From: Camelus ferus
Lineage: Eukaryota
Assembly (NCBI RefSeq): GCF_009834535.1
Contig: NC_045696.1
Location: 90,894,001-90,958,000 of the forward strand
Direction: 5' to 3'
DNA length: 64,000 nt
The notes under the pieces were generated by a model. The model was given only the letters and a program-made list of their open reading frames with translations. It did no database searches and was not told where the DNA came from. Of the stretch, positions 13,901 through 26,040 are shown in pieces; position 1 is the first letter of the stretch; every line of letters begins with the position of its first letter. The translations under genes were made by a program, and so were the position numbers.

Positions 13901-14006
13901 GAGGGGAAAAACATGGTATTTACTTTGAATCTGCAAATTTAGGCCCACTCAAGGATGATTTCAAATGTTTTCAAATGTCGCTTATAGAAGTACACAATTT
14001 TATTTG

Positions 14007-14232
14007 AGAGTTCAAGATTTGCAAAGATTAACTACCATATATAAAATACTGTGTATAAAATAAACAACAATTTCTTCTGTATAGCATAGGGAACTATATT
14101 CAACATCTTGTAGCAGCCTATAGTGAAAAAGAATATGAAAACAAATATATGTATGTATATGTATGACGGAAACATTGTGCAGTAAACCAGAAATTGACAC
14201 ATTGTAAACTGAATATACTTAATTAAAAAAAA
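14007..14232 (+). mobile_element. 5'-truncated L1 3' end, lineage-restricted (artiodactyl/camelid type)
   Basis: tgtatagcatagggaactatattcaa...ccagaaattgacacattgtaaactgaatatactt followed by an A tail. Confidence 0.8.
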
Positions 14233-14519
14233 TTATATAAGTATTACCTCACTGACTATAACAAAAGAAAATTTTCTGAAAACCTTTTTTCTAATCAGTT
14301 TTGGAAGCCAAACTATTACTAATATATGTTTTCATGGTGGTAGAAACAAAGAAATAGACTATAAAGTCTAAAGAAAACATTTCTAAAACCAACAAGTAAG
14401 CTGTATCTTGAAAACATGCAGTTAATACTGTTCTTGGCAAAAGAAAACAATGTATGCATTATTTAGTTTCCCTTTTCCATATGTGTTAATTTTATCCATT
14501 TTCTTTCTTTTGGGGAGGA

Positions 14520-14945
14520 GCATATGAAACACTTATGTGGTTACAAAAGACAATACTGTACAAAAAGGTATTCTCAGAGTAGTTAACATTTCAACTCCAC
14601 CAATTTCTTCTATTATTTCCCCCTGTTCTCTCCTCCCTCTTACGATTAACCAATCCCAACAGTCTCTGGCTTATCCTCTCTGTTTCTTTTTGAATGAATG
14701 AGCAGACACGTGTGTATTTTCTTATCCACCCTTCCTTTTATAAAAAGGTGTCATTTTATAAGTGCTCTTTTATATATATATTTTCACTTAACAACATGTC
14801 CTAGAAATTCCCCCACATCAGTGTGTAAATATTTTCCTCATTCTTCTTTTAAGTACTCCATTGTGTGGATATACCATAGTTTATTCAACCATTCTCCTAC
14901 TTGTGGATGATTAAGTTGTTTCCAGTATTTTGCAGTTGCAATTTT
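14520..14945 (-). mobile_element. Old L1 (L1ME-like) fragment
   Basis: ttcacttaacaac...ccattgtgtggatataccatagtttattcaaccattctcct...gttgtttccag, typical antisense old L1 3' region. Confidence 0.6.
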
Positions 14946-14949
14946 TTTT

Positions 14950-16262
14950 TGTCTTTTAAAAAATTGAAGTATAGTTGATTTATGATATTATATTAGTTTC
15001 AGGTGTACAGCATAGTGATTCAGTATTTTTATAGATTATGCTCTGTTAAAAGTTATTACAAAATAAAGACTATAATTCCCTGTGCTGTACAATATGTCAT
15101 TGTTGCTTATCTATTTTATACATAGTAGTTTATATCTCTCAATCCCATACCCCTGTCTTGCCCCTCCCCTTTTCCTCTTCTCTTTGTAATCACTAGTTTG
15201 CTTCCTATATCTGTGAGTTTGTTTCTTTTTTGCTATATATATAAGTCACTTGTTTCATTTTTTAGATTACATTTATAAATGATGTCATACACTTAAGTGA
15301 TGCCTTTCTCTTTCTGACTTATTTCACTGAGCATTCTATTCTCTAAGTCCATCCATGTTGCTGCCAAGGGGAGAATTTCATTCTTTTTATGACTAAATAA
15401 TATTTTATTGCAAATATGTATACACACACACACACACACACACACATGCACACGCACACACACACACACGCACACACCCCACATCTTCCTTATCCATTCA
15501 ACTGTTGATGGACACTTGGGTTACTTCCATAGCCTGGCTATTATAAATAGTGCTACTATGAACATGGGGGGGTATGTATCTTTTCAGATTAGTGTTTTCA
15601 CTTTTTCCAGATATCTTCCCAGGAGTGGAATTGCTGGATCATATGCTAGTTCTATTTTTAGTTTTTTGAGGAACCTCTATACTGTTTTCCATAGTTGCAC
15701 CAATTTACATTTCCACCAACAGGGTACAAGTGTTCCCTTTTCTCCATATCCTCACCAACATTTGTTATTTGTAGACTTTTTTATGGTAGCCATTCTGGCA
15801 GACATGAGATGATATCTCATGGTGGTTTTGATTTGCGTTTCGTTGAGTACCTTTTCATGTGCCTGTTTGCCATCTGTATATCATCTTTGGAAAAATGTCT
15901 ATTCAGATCTTCTGCCCATTTTTTGATTGGGTTGTTTGTTTTTTTGATATTAAGTTGTATGAGCTGCTTATATGTTTTGGATATTAACTCCTTGTTGGTC
16001 ATATCATTTACAAATATTTTCTTCCATTCCATAGATTGTCTTTTTGTTTTGTTGATGGTTTCCTTTGCTGTGCAGAAGTTTTTAAGTTTAATTAGGCCCC
16101 ATTTGTTTATTTTTGCTTTTGTTTCTTTTGCCTTAGAAGACAACCCCCACCCCCCCAAAAAAAAACCCCACATTGCTGTGATTTATGTCAAAGAGTGTTC
16201 TGCCTATGTTCTCTTTTAGGAGTTTTATGGTTTCAAGTCTTATATTTAGGTCTTTAGTCAAT
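14950..16262 (-). mobile_element. L1 3' portion (ORF2 C-terminus plus 3'UTR)
   Basis: ORF 15817-16173(-) [33 protein letters not shown]...[14 protein letters not shown] is L1 ORF2p; 3' end at left (ttgaagtatagttgattta). Confidence 0.95.
15422..15477. repeat. (CA)n microsatellite within L1
   Basis: Directly visible imperfect CA run. Confidence 0.95.
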
Positions 16263-17679
16263 TTGAATTAAAAATAACTTTTGAATAAAAGTTATTTATT
16301 TCTTCCTTTGGATTTTGAATTTTGCAGTAAAGTATAACATAAAATTAAGTCCTGCCCTTTAAACTCTGTGACATAACAAATGTCACCAAGCACTACCATT
16401 TTTATCCTAGTGTTTCTTACTTTGCTAAAGTTTCTATTAAGGAGGAATTGTCAGACTTCTCATGTTTTTGATGATCTTCTCTGACTTCTCTTTTGATCTG
16501 GCAATTAGTTTGCTAGTACTTGCCGACTGAAAAGAAGAAGGAGACAGAGAAGAGAACTTCTTGCTGATTTTAGTGAGAAACCATATAGACTAAATTTATT
16601 TGATAGTGTATTTATATAACAACACCCAACTGGTTACCTGGAGTTTAATTTGATTGTTTTTATTTAGGATATTTTTCACATATGGAAAATGTGACTTTTC
16701 TCTAGTCAAGAGAAATGTTAGACTTTCTTGTGGGACTGATTTCTAGCCTATTTTTCTAAAGACTTTAGGGATGAACCAGAATGGAGTAGAAATTTTACTG
16801 CAGCTAACTTCATTAAATACTTAACTGATTAATGGCGCCATCCTTAAGTGCTAATACCAAATGAAAAGCTACTACATAGGCAGAAACTGATATGGCCTTA
16901 CTGAAATTTTTATTGGGTCTTCAAGCAAAATGGTGGAGCCATATAATTAAATTTTGCATGAAAATATCTAACAAAAATGCATTAATATTTGAATATATCC
17001 AAATTATACCACAGAGGGAAATCAATATACAATATAAGCAATAAAAATTTTATAAACTTGGTGGTTATAATACATTAAAAAGTTAAATAAGAAGAGTGCT
17101 GTAAAGATGAGTGCAAGTGGAAGGGAAATGATCCTTATATAGGGTAGAAAGTGCATCAGAATTTCTTCAGTGCTGAACTAGTAGACTGACTACATGTGGG
17201 CTGTGAAGGTCTGTTTTCCTACAAAGGGACACTCTCCAGGGAAATAGGAACAATTCATTGGGATTTACAGTAGTCTGAGATCTAGTATTGAAAGTTTTTG
17301 CTGTAATATGCATTCTAATTTTACCAGTTAGCTTTCCATGAAGCCTAAGTCCAATAAAAAGGGGGACCTTGCTTGCATTTTTGAGTATCTGGTCCCTGGA
17401 CAGATATAAGATAGCCATTTTTTGTGAACCGATGACATAGAGTTCTTGAACATGAAAACTAAGGGCTGGATCCTGGTGACACCACCTAGACACAGCCACG
17501 TTTCCTATCCTAAAAAAAGCCAAGTTGGTTTGCATATTTTTGTTGCCAACACATGGTACATTGAAATTAGAATTTTGAAAACCTCCAAAGATTTTAACTA
17601 ACCAACTTATTTTCTTTAAACTTCTGTTTTTTGTCTCTCCAAACAAACAGAATGCTTTTTATTTGTATTCATTCATTTA

Positions 17680-20270
17680 TTTTTAACTTTTATTATAAAA
17701 ATATATATGAAACCACATATGAAAGTAGAGAAAATTATATGATGAAATGAATATAAATGGCTCATCACCCAGTTTCAATAATTATCCAATATTTTGACAG
17801 TTTTTTTCACCTATTTCCCCATACTCCATACCTCATGCCTTATGACTTTATGTTTGGTTACAGTATTTTAAAGCAAATCCCAGACATTATGTCATTTCAT
17901 GTATAAATATTTGTGTCACTGATAGATAAGAATCCGACCCCTAACTTAATCACAGTGCCATTGTTACAGCTAGCCAAACTACCATCATCTAATACCCATG
18001 TTTAAATTTTACCAATTGTCTCAAAAAGTTTATATTATAGTTGGTATGTTTGAGTCAAGATTCAAAAGGGCTCAAACATTGCATTTAGCTGATAGGTCTT
18101 TTAAGACTATCGTATAGTTCTACACACCCCTCCCTAAATGTCATTTATTTGCTGAAACTGAGTTGGACTGTTGTTCAGTTGTTTTGAACTGCTGTGTGCT
18201 TTCTCTTGCATCATATCAGGAGGCCCCATTTTGCTTTTTTAAATCCCCCTCCCACTTCTGCCCACCCTCAGGAAGCCCCACTTTATATTATAAAATTGAT
18301 TAGTGGGTTCAGGTATTGTCAGCCTGATATAGGCATTATAAAATTTCTCATCAACAGTTCACCTAATAATGGGTGATGAACACAGCCTAGGTTCACTATT
18401 TCATCATGAATTGTAAAATGTATCATTTAAAAATGTAATGATTTCTTTTGTTTCTACCATGTAGAATTCTTTTTTAATAAAGAAATGCCCCTTATTAACT
18501 GTTTGGTTACCCAAAAAACAGGGTTTATTGAGGAAAGGTGGACTATATGCTTAACTATTTCCCTTTACTGACTTTCAGAGTAATCAGTTGGTACCCTTGC
18601 AATTTCCCAAAATGAATAATGAGATTTCTTTCCTTTTTGGGATAATTATGAAGTCATGAATTTTATATATTGATGTGTTCCAATCTGCTGTAGTTCTTAT
18701 TCTCTTAGGTGCTCAAATTTTCTCATCTTTGGCCAGTATTATCCCTTGAAATTGGTTCTTTTGTCCTTTTGGTATGACTCCAGTGTTCTGTGATAGTTTC
18801 CTTGCTTCCTGGTACAACAAAATGTTGCAGAATCATTTTGTATATTTTCTTTCCCAGACCTGGAATCAGCCATCTTTCCGAGGAGCCATGATTCCTTTTA
18901 GACAAAAATTGTATTTACAGACCATGAGTTGGGCACTAGAAATGCTCATTGCTTCTGGGCCTCTTGCTAGATAGGAATATGTATTCTTTATATTAAAAGA
19001 AAAATTTCAAGCTAACTGGGTTTTCCTTATATTCTTTGATTTTATGTTCCTATTTCTTTGGTTTTATGATGAAAATTTTGATTCCTGATGACATAGATAT
19101 AATTACTTATTTTATTTTTGATTTCTTTATTTGATTTATATTTAATATTTCTTATTTCATTGTTTGCTATTATTTTGTTCTTAGGATATATCCCTCTAGG
19201 GAGAAACAGTAAAAATACAGTGATCTTGTTTTTGAGTTACTTGAAATAATTATTCTCTGAGTGGCTATGCTACCAGGTTGATTAAAATCTTCAATTTCAG
19301 CAATTCCACTTCTGGGTATATACCCAAGAGAATGGAAAACAGAGGCTTGAACAGATATTTGTATATTCATGTTCGTAGAGTATTACTCACAGTAGCCAAA
19401 AAGTGGAAACAACCCAAGTGTCCATCAATGGATGAATAGAGATAAACAAAATGTAGTATACACCTACAATGGAAAACTATTCAATCTAAAAACGAATAGA
19501 ATTCTGGCATATGCTACAACATGGATGAACCTTGAGGACATTATGTGAAGTGAAATAAGATAGCCAAAAAGGACAAATACTGTATGATTTCACTTATATG
19601 ACGTATCTAGAATAGTCAATTTCAGAAAGAAAGTAGAATAGTAGATACTAGTGGCTGGGGGAGAGGGATTCTGGAGGTATTTGTTTAATGGTGCATAGTT
19701 TAAGTTTGGGTGATCAAAAAGTTCTGGAGATGAATAGTGGTGGTGGTTGTAAAACAATAGAGGTACTAATGCCACTGAACTGTACACTTAAAAATAGTAA
19801 AAATGGTAAATTTATGTTACATGTATTTTACCACAATAAAAAAGTTAGCTTTTTTCTTTTTCAGTTTGCTTCAAGTTTTAGGGATTTTGCTTTTCTCTGG
19901 TTATGTTTTATTATATAAAACATATATTTCAAAGTGAAAGTTATCAAGTAAGTTTCTTTCAGAGACTTAGCTCTAGCTTTAATACCCATCTCCTTCACTC
20001 TGTTCCTTGGTTTCTACAGAAATAGCCATTATGTTAATTACATTCATTTTTGGTTTATTCTACCATTGTTTTTTTTTTTGAAATAGAAGGAAATAGCTAT
20101 CTGTATAGAATATTTACATCTTTTTACTGTGAAAATAGCAGTATTCTGCAAATACTGTTCCATACTTGGTGTTCGTCACTTAGCCTTGTATCTTTGAGAT
20201 CCTATCCATAGCAATTTATACAGATCTTTCTCAGTCCTTTTTATTGCTTCGTAGTCCTCCATCGTATGGA
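17680..20270 (-). mobile_element. Old L1 (L1MC-like) 3' region, interrupted by a sense L1
   Basis: catcacccagtttcaataattatc, aagcaaatcccagacat and cccagacctggaatcagccat are L1MC-type 3'UTR motifs; the right-hand segment may be a separate old L1. Confidence 0.65.
19297..19844 (+). mobile_element. L1MB-like 3' end
   Basis: cagcaattccacttctgggtatatacccaa...caacccaagtgtccatcaatggatgaa...gaactgtacacttaaaa...taccacaataaaaaa. Confidence 0.9.
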
Positions 20271-21118
20271 GGCAGAGAAGATGCCAGGGAAAGGAAGGGA
20301 AACTTTTGTATCAGGTGCTAACTGTAAGTTAGTTGTTCTGTATACATCTACATGCTTATTTTATGTAATACCATATTTTTTTGATGTAGTATTATTCCTA
20401 TTTCACAAATGTGGAAATAATCTTGGAGAGATCAGGAAACATGCTCAAGGTCTCACAGCAAGAGAATGGAGTGAGGACTTGAATCTAGGTCTGAGTTAAC
20501 TTTAAAATTTATATTCTTCTTGCTCTACAGCTAGAGTCAGGCAAATTTTGGTGTAGAAAATAATGGAAAGTAAGTTGAAGTCCAGCAACTCAGTTGGCAT
20601 CCAAAGAGACCTGCATAGGGCAAGAACACAGCAACCAGGGAATCACAGCAACAGGAAACTACACTCCAGGATCTTGGAGGGGTTTGTCATCAGGGAATTT
20701 TGCAGGTAGCAAGGACTACTGATTTGGGCTTAGGCTCAGGGGCATTAATTTTGGTCCTGGGAAGGAGACTGGCAAGAGCAAGAGTACAAGGGACTGGGGC
20801 TCAGTCTGGGTCCTTTTGTAGACCCAAGACCATTTCAGAATGCAGCAAGCCACCAAGAAGGCAGAAAGCTGAATACCCACTGAACTGGACTGGAGTTGCT
20901 CATATCACTTCTCCCTTGGTTAGTGCCAGCCTGGGAGATTATAGAGGAAAGATAAATAGGCTGACCACCTGGCACCACTCTTAGTAAAGTTCCTGCTGAC
21001 TCTGACAGGTACCCAGCACCAGTTTTCTCCAGCTCTTCAAATCCAGAGTCTGAATTCACTCTCCTGAGTTTGGAGTAGAACTGTACCACTCTCTAGGGAT
21101 AGAAAGGGCTACTGTGGT

Positions 21119-21159
21119 TGTATTAAGGTTCTCCAGAGAAACAGAACCACAAAATGTGG

Positions 21160-21217
<58 letters not shown>

Positions 21218-21656
21218 GTATATACACATAATAGAATGTGTATAGATAGATACAAGATGGATATTTGTTATAAGGAACTGGCTTACATGACTATAGAGGC
21301 TGTCAAGTCCAGAATTGCAGGATGTGCTGGCAGGCTGGAGACCCAGGGAAACCAATGTTCCAATTTGAATCTCAAGGTAGTCCAGTGTGGAACCAGGAAG
21401 GGCTGATGTTGCAGATGAAGTTCAGAGTGCTAGGGAATTTTCTCTTGCTTGATGTTGGCTGGTCTTTTTGTTCTATTCAGGCCTCCTACTGATTGGATGA
21501 GGCCCATCTACATTATGGAGGGCAATCTGTTTTACTCAAAGTCCACCAATATAAGTGTTAATCTCATCCTCAACAGAAACATCCAGAATAATGTTTGACT
21601 AAATATCTAGACACCTCGTGGTCCAGTCAAGTTGACACATGAAATTAACCATCACA
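21119..21656 (-). mobile_element. MLT2-type ERVL solo LTR
   Basis: Starts tgtattaaggttctccagagaaacagaacc and ends gtcaagttgacacatgaaattaaccatcaca (reverse complement of the MLT2 5' end); TG...CA termini. Confidence 0.9.
21163..21204. repeat. (TG)21 microsatellite
   Basis: Directly visible. Confidence 0.95.
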
Positions 21657-21779
21657 GAGATCTTGGTAGTTAGGTGGATTCCATCAGGCAGAATAAAATT
21701 TTTAAAAAAGGGTTTAAGATCAGTGAGAGGATGCAGATCCCCAAAACATAATCCCAGAATGTTAACACTGAAATGATGT

Positions 21780-22160
21780 TGGAGATGATTTATTTTAGCT
21801 GTTTATTTTGCAGATGAGAAAACCAAGGCCCAGAGTGATTAAGATGAATTGCCCAAGATCTCACACATACTCATTAAAAAAAAAATATATCAATTGGGCC
21901 TTTTCTGTATGTCAGGTGCTATGCTAGGTGTTAGCCATTCAGTGGTGACCAAGATAGACACCTTTTCTGCCTTTTTGAAGCTTTCCTGAGGAAGGGTGTC
22001 TTAAACTGAGACAGGAGGATATGTAGGATTTAATCATGGCATGTGGAGCAAGAACAAGATGAGGGAATCATTTTTCATGTATAGGGATCCAGGTGTGGGT
22101 AGGCGTTGAGGTGAGAAGAAGTGGAGTGACTCTGAAGAGCTGAGAGAAGTCCAGAATAAA
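21780..22160 (-). mobile_element. MIR fragment followed by L2 fragment
   Basis: attttgcagatgagaaaaccaaggcccagag (MIR); tatgtcaggtgctatgctaggtg...gtgaccaagatagac (L2). Confidence 0.6.
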
Positions 22161-24189
22161 TTGAAAGAGGGCAATAAAAAACTCAAAGACGCTGGTCTAT
22201 ATTGTGCCTGCCCCTAAAGAGGCTAATTTTTTCTCCACAGTGATTTCTTTTCCAAAGTGGTTAACAATCTTAAAACAATCAGTCTTACAGCCCCCGAAGA
22301 GCAGGTATCGTTATTGCTATTTAGTGACTAGAGGTATTAAGGCATTGAGCAGTCCATTGCCTTGCCCAAGGCCACTGGAAAATTAAGATTAGAGAGCTGG
22401 AAATGAAAGTCACAGGGGAAGGCTTGGCTTCTCTGAGACAGTCGTGGGAAAGGAAATTATTTATTCTGGAATTTTATATAGTCATCTTGGAAATCAGTGC
22501 AAAAATAGGCCTTCTCCCTGTCCCCCAGCACAGCAATAATTTAGCAGTAATTATAATAATGATTGTTAAATGATTTGTGTGCTGATCAGGCTAGGAGTTC
22601 CCAGGGCTGAATTCCCAAGTTGCCCTCTTCAGTTCCCCCTCTGTGATTTACCTAGGGCCATACCTTGACTGCACTTACGTAGATCTCCAGCCAGGAGTTC
22701 TGACTGCTCTGGACCAGCCACCCCCACAGTGTTGGTGTGAACACACTGAAAGTGACCCGAAAGAGTCACCTCATTGGGAAGTTGCTAAAAATGGTGCACT
22801 TGGTGATTTATTGTGTTTAAACAATTGTCCCTTTCACTGCCTCCCTCTCTCTTATTTACATTTACCTGTGGTTTTTCCGAATGTATTGAAAACATTCAAC
22901 TTTCATTATTCTTTAATTTTTAATTGTCTTATGATTGTCACTTAATTAAGCTTTAATAGAGTCTATTGAAAAAAGAGAACCCAATGCTTACTGGTAAGCT
23001 GTTCTGTTTTCATTATGTCTGACAAGTCAGAGAAATGAAGAAACAAGGGAAAATGTTTATGTCTTCTGGAAGATGTATGGCATGTAATGGGCTTGGACTT
23101 TGCTCGTCCTGGGAAAAGGGATAATTCTTCAAAACCACAAGATGTTCAGATGACATTCAAATGTGCCTGTTGCAGCTAATGTTGTACATCTATGATTACT
23201 CTGAGTCATTTTTCAGTTTTCACCATTTCATTTTCAAATGGGGTGGGAACCTCTGCCTCCCTGGTTGATATAAGTGGAGAGGGGGTGAGTCTTGGAGGAG
23301 GAGAGAGCTTGATTCAAGGCCTGATGTGAGAGTCTCTTGGTCTTATGATTGCTCACATGTTACTTAACCTCTGATCTCAGTTTCTTTATAATTAAGTGGG
23401 GATAATATTTTCCTCACTGGAGTTTTCTTGTGCTTAAATGTAATGTGAAAGCCCCTGGCCCTACCCTAGCTCTCCTTGCCAGTTCTTCTAACACTTTTCC
23501 TGGATGTTTGCCACTCAAGTCTCAAGCTTCAGAGTAGCTAAATTTTATAAAAATGTGGTGATTTGTTCACTCGTTATAATTATATTTAACCACCACATTT
23601 TATTTTTTTAGGACTTAGGAAAATATACCAGAATTATTAAAGCAAGGCATCTATATCATCATTTCAGTGTTCAATACAAGTATTTTGAAATGATTTCATC
23701 TTTCATATTAAAGGCAATTTGGAGAGCAGCAAATGTGCCACAATTAAGAAAAACTGAAATGGAACATAACATAACTTATTTAATATTCCCTTTCAGGCTA
23801 AGAGTCAAGTACAAGTGAGTGCTCATTTATTTTTATCCAAATCACACTTAGAACTTGATTCATATCTCTGTGTTAACTACGATGATCTATATTTGATATT
23901 CACATCCACAAACCCTGCTCTTCTTGCTCTCTTTTTCCAAACAAAACTAATTTGGAATCTTCAGGGTTGTCCTTGTTGAAGCCAAACAGAAATGATTTCC
24001 ACTGTGAAGTAAACAGTTTGTATATAAGAGAAGAATTGAAATGCAATGGTAATGATAAGAGAATGGTTCCTTATATGTTTCAGAGCTTTGTGTTATTCAA
24101 CATGCACTCATGTTTTATTTAATTGTTCCTCTGTGAGATTCTTCCACGGTTCAAAAAACACTTAAAGGGTGAAAGATGTCAAGCTTGTG

Positions 24190-24295
24190 TTCTGAGGCTT
24201 GTGTAATCTCAGTGCTAAAACCAGGCAAGATAACAGAAGAAAGTTATAGACTCTTTTGCCTATGAACATAGATGCAAGGACCCTAAATAGCAAAT
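24190..24295 (+). mobile_element. Small internal L1 ORF2 fossil
   Basis: Translates across frameshifts as EACVISVLKPGK...YR...MNIDARTLN versus L1 ORF2p EASIILIPKPG...YRPISLMNIDAKILN. Confidence 0.7.
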
Positions 24296-24594
24296 TTATT
24301 TTTTTTAACTTTCTCATTGAAGGATAACTTACAGAGAAGCACACAATCTTAAGTGCACAAATTCATGAATTTTTGTACATGTATGTCCATGTAACCCCAA
24401 ATTTTGCTATATTTGTTTCATCTACTCCTTTGCTTTATCAGTTTTGAATAAAGGAAACAAAACCACAGAAAGTGGAATTTCCTTTAATTTTAATTCTCGT
24501 ATCTGTTCCCATTCTTTCCTCCCTCACTGACCAGAAGCAGCCAATATCATGAATTTAGTATAGGTCTTTTCAGTCTATTTCAAAAATAGCTTTA

Positions 24595-24727
24595 GGGGAC
24601 GGAGATAGCTCAAGTGGTAGAGTGTGTGCTCAGCATGTATGAGGTTGTGAGTTTAATCCCCAGTATCTCCTCTAAAAAGAAAAAAAGAAACAAACCTAAT
24701 TACCTTGCCCCAACAAACAAACAAACA
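24595..24727 (+). mobile_element. tRNA-Ala-derived SINE (Vic-1-like), more diverged copy
   Basis: atagctcaagtggtagagtg...cagcatgtatgagg...aatccccagtatctcc plus aaacctaattacct tail; degenerate TSD aaatagcttta/aaatggtttta. Confidence 0.85.
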
Positions 24728-24771
24728 GAAATGGTTTTAAATATACTTATTTACTTATGAAGAATCTATAG

Positions 24772-25062
24772 CAATACTATCTTAGAGAAATATAATGCAA
24801 ACCACATGTATAATTTGAACTTTTCTAATAGCTACACTTAAAAATAAAAAGTACTCATGCACAACTATACAATAATATTTTATATAATAGATAAAGTGAA
24901 ATGTAGTATCATTAAAACAATGCTTAATGGAAAAACATTTTATATTGCTTCAGTTTTAATTAAATTAATTAAATACATTAAATTGAAAATTTAGTTTCTT
25001 CGTCACACTTTCTATGTTTCACATGTTCTATAACCACGTGTCTCTATTGGATGACAGCACAA
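24772..25062. mobile_element. MER33/MER3-like hAT-Charlie MITE
   Basis: gaaatataatgcaaaccacatgtataatttgaacttttctaatagctacac...ccacgtgtctctattggatgacagcac. Confidence 0.7.
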
Positions 25063-25521
25063 GTCTGTAAGTATTGGTTTGTATACTTTTTAAGTGTACA
25101 TAAATGGAGCACTGTATTTCTCTTTCTGCAATTTGCTTTTTGCACTTAACATTATGTTTTGAGATTTAATCATACAGATATTATGTAGAACTTGTCCATT
25201 CTTCTTAGCAGTTGTATAGTATCCCATCACAGATGGACTCAATCAAATACTATATTTTATTATACTATACAATCATCAAATACTATATTTTTTACCATAA
25301 TACAGTCACCAAATACTATATTTTATTTATTCAATTCTCATTTTATAGACATTTAGATTGGTTCTGGTTTTTGCTATTATAAATAATGCTGCAATAAATT
25401 CCTTGTACATATCTTCTTGGGTGTAATACATAGAAATAAAATTTCTGGGCCACAAGCTATATACATTTTCAATTTTAGAAGTCATTTCATGATAGCATGG
25501 GAATTCTAATTCCTTCACATT

Positions 25522-26040
25522 TTTTCTTCTTTTTTTTGAATTTTTAAAAGTTGAAGTATAGTCACTTAACAGTATTTCAGGTGTACAGCAAAGAGATTCA
25601 GTTATACATATATATATATAAATACTTTTTCAGATTCTTTTCCATTATAGGTTATTACAAGATATTGAATATAGTTCCCTGTGCTATACAGTGGGTCCTT
25701 TTTTTTTTTATCTATTTTATGTATAGTAGTGTGTATATGTTAATTTCAAATTTCTAATTTATCCCTCCCCCCCTTTTCCCTTTGATAATCATAAGTTTGT
25801 TTTCTGTGTCTGTGAGTCTGTTTTCTATTTTGTAAATAAGTTTATTTGTATCTTTTTTTTTAGATTTCACATTAAAGTTATATCATACGGTATTCGTCTT
25901 TCTCTGTCTGGCTTACTTCACTTATATAACCACTAGGTTCATCCATGTTGCTGCAAATGGCATTATTTCATTCTTTTTAATGGCTGAGTGGTATTCCTTA
26001 TCTCTGATCTGTAGATAGACATTTAAATTGCTTCCATGTC
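25522..26040 (-). mobile_element. 5'-truncated L1 3' end inserted in an older L1ME-like fragment
   Basis: Poly-T head, ttgaagtatagt...atagttccctgtgctatacag; perfect TSD ttccttcacatt at 25510-25521 and 26041-26052. Confidence 0.9.

Noticed and set aside
15408..16219. Long ORFs of 118-174 aa
   Set aside because: They are sense and antisense readings of a decayed L1 ORF2 end, not host genes.
17167..17646. 159-aa minus-strand ORF
   Set aside because: It has a non-ATG start, no recognisable domain and no clear splice context.
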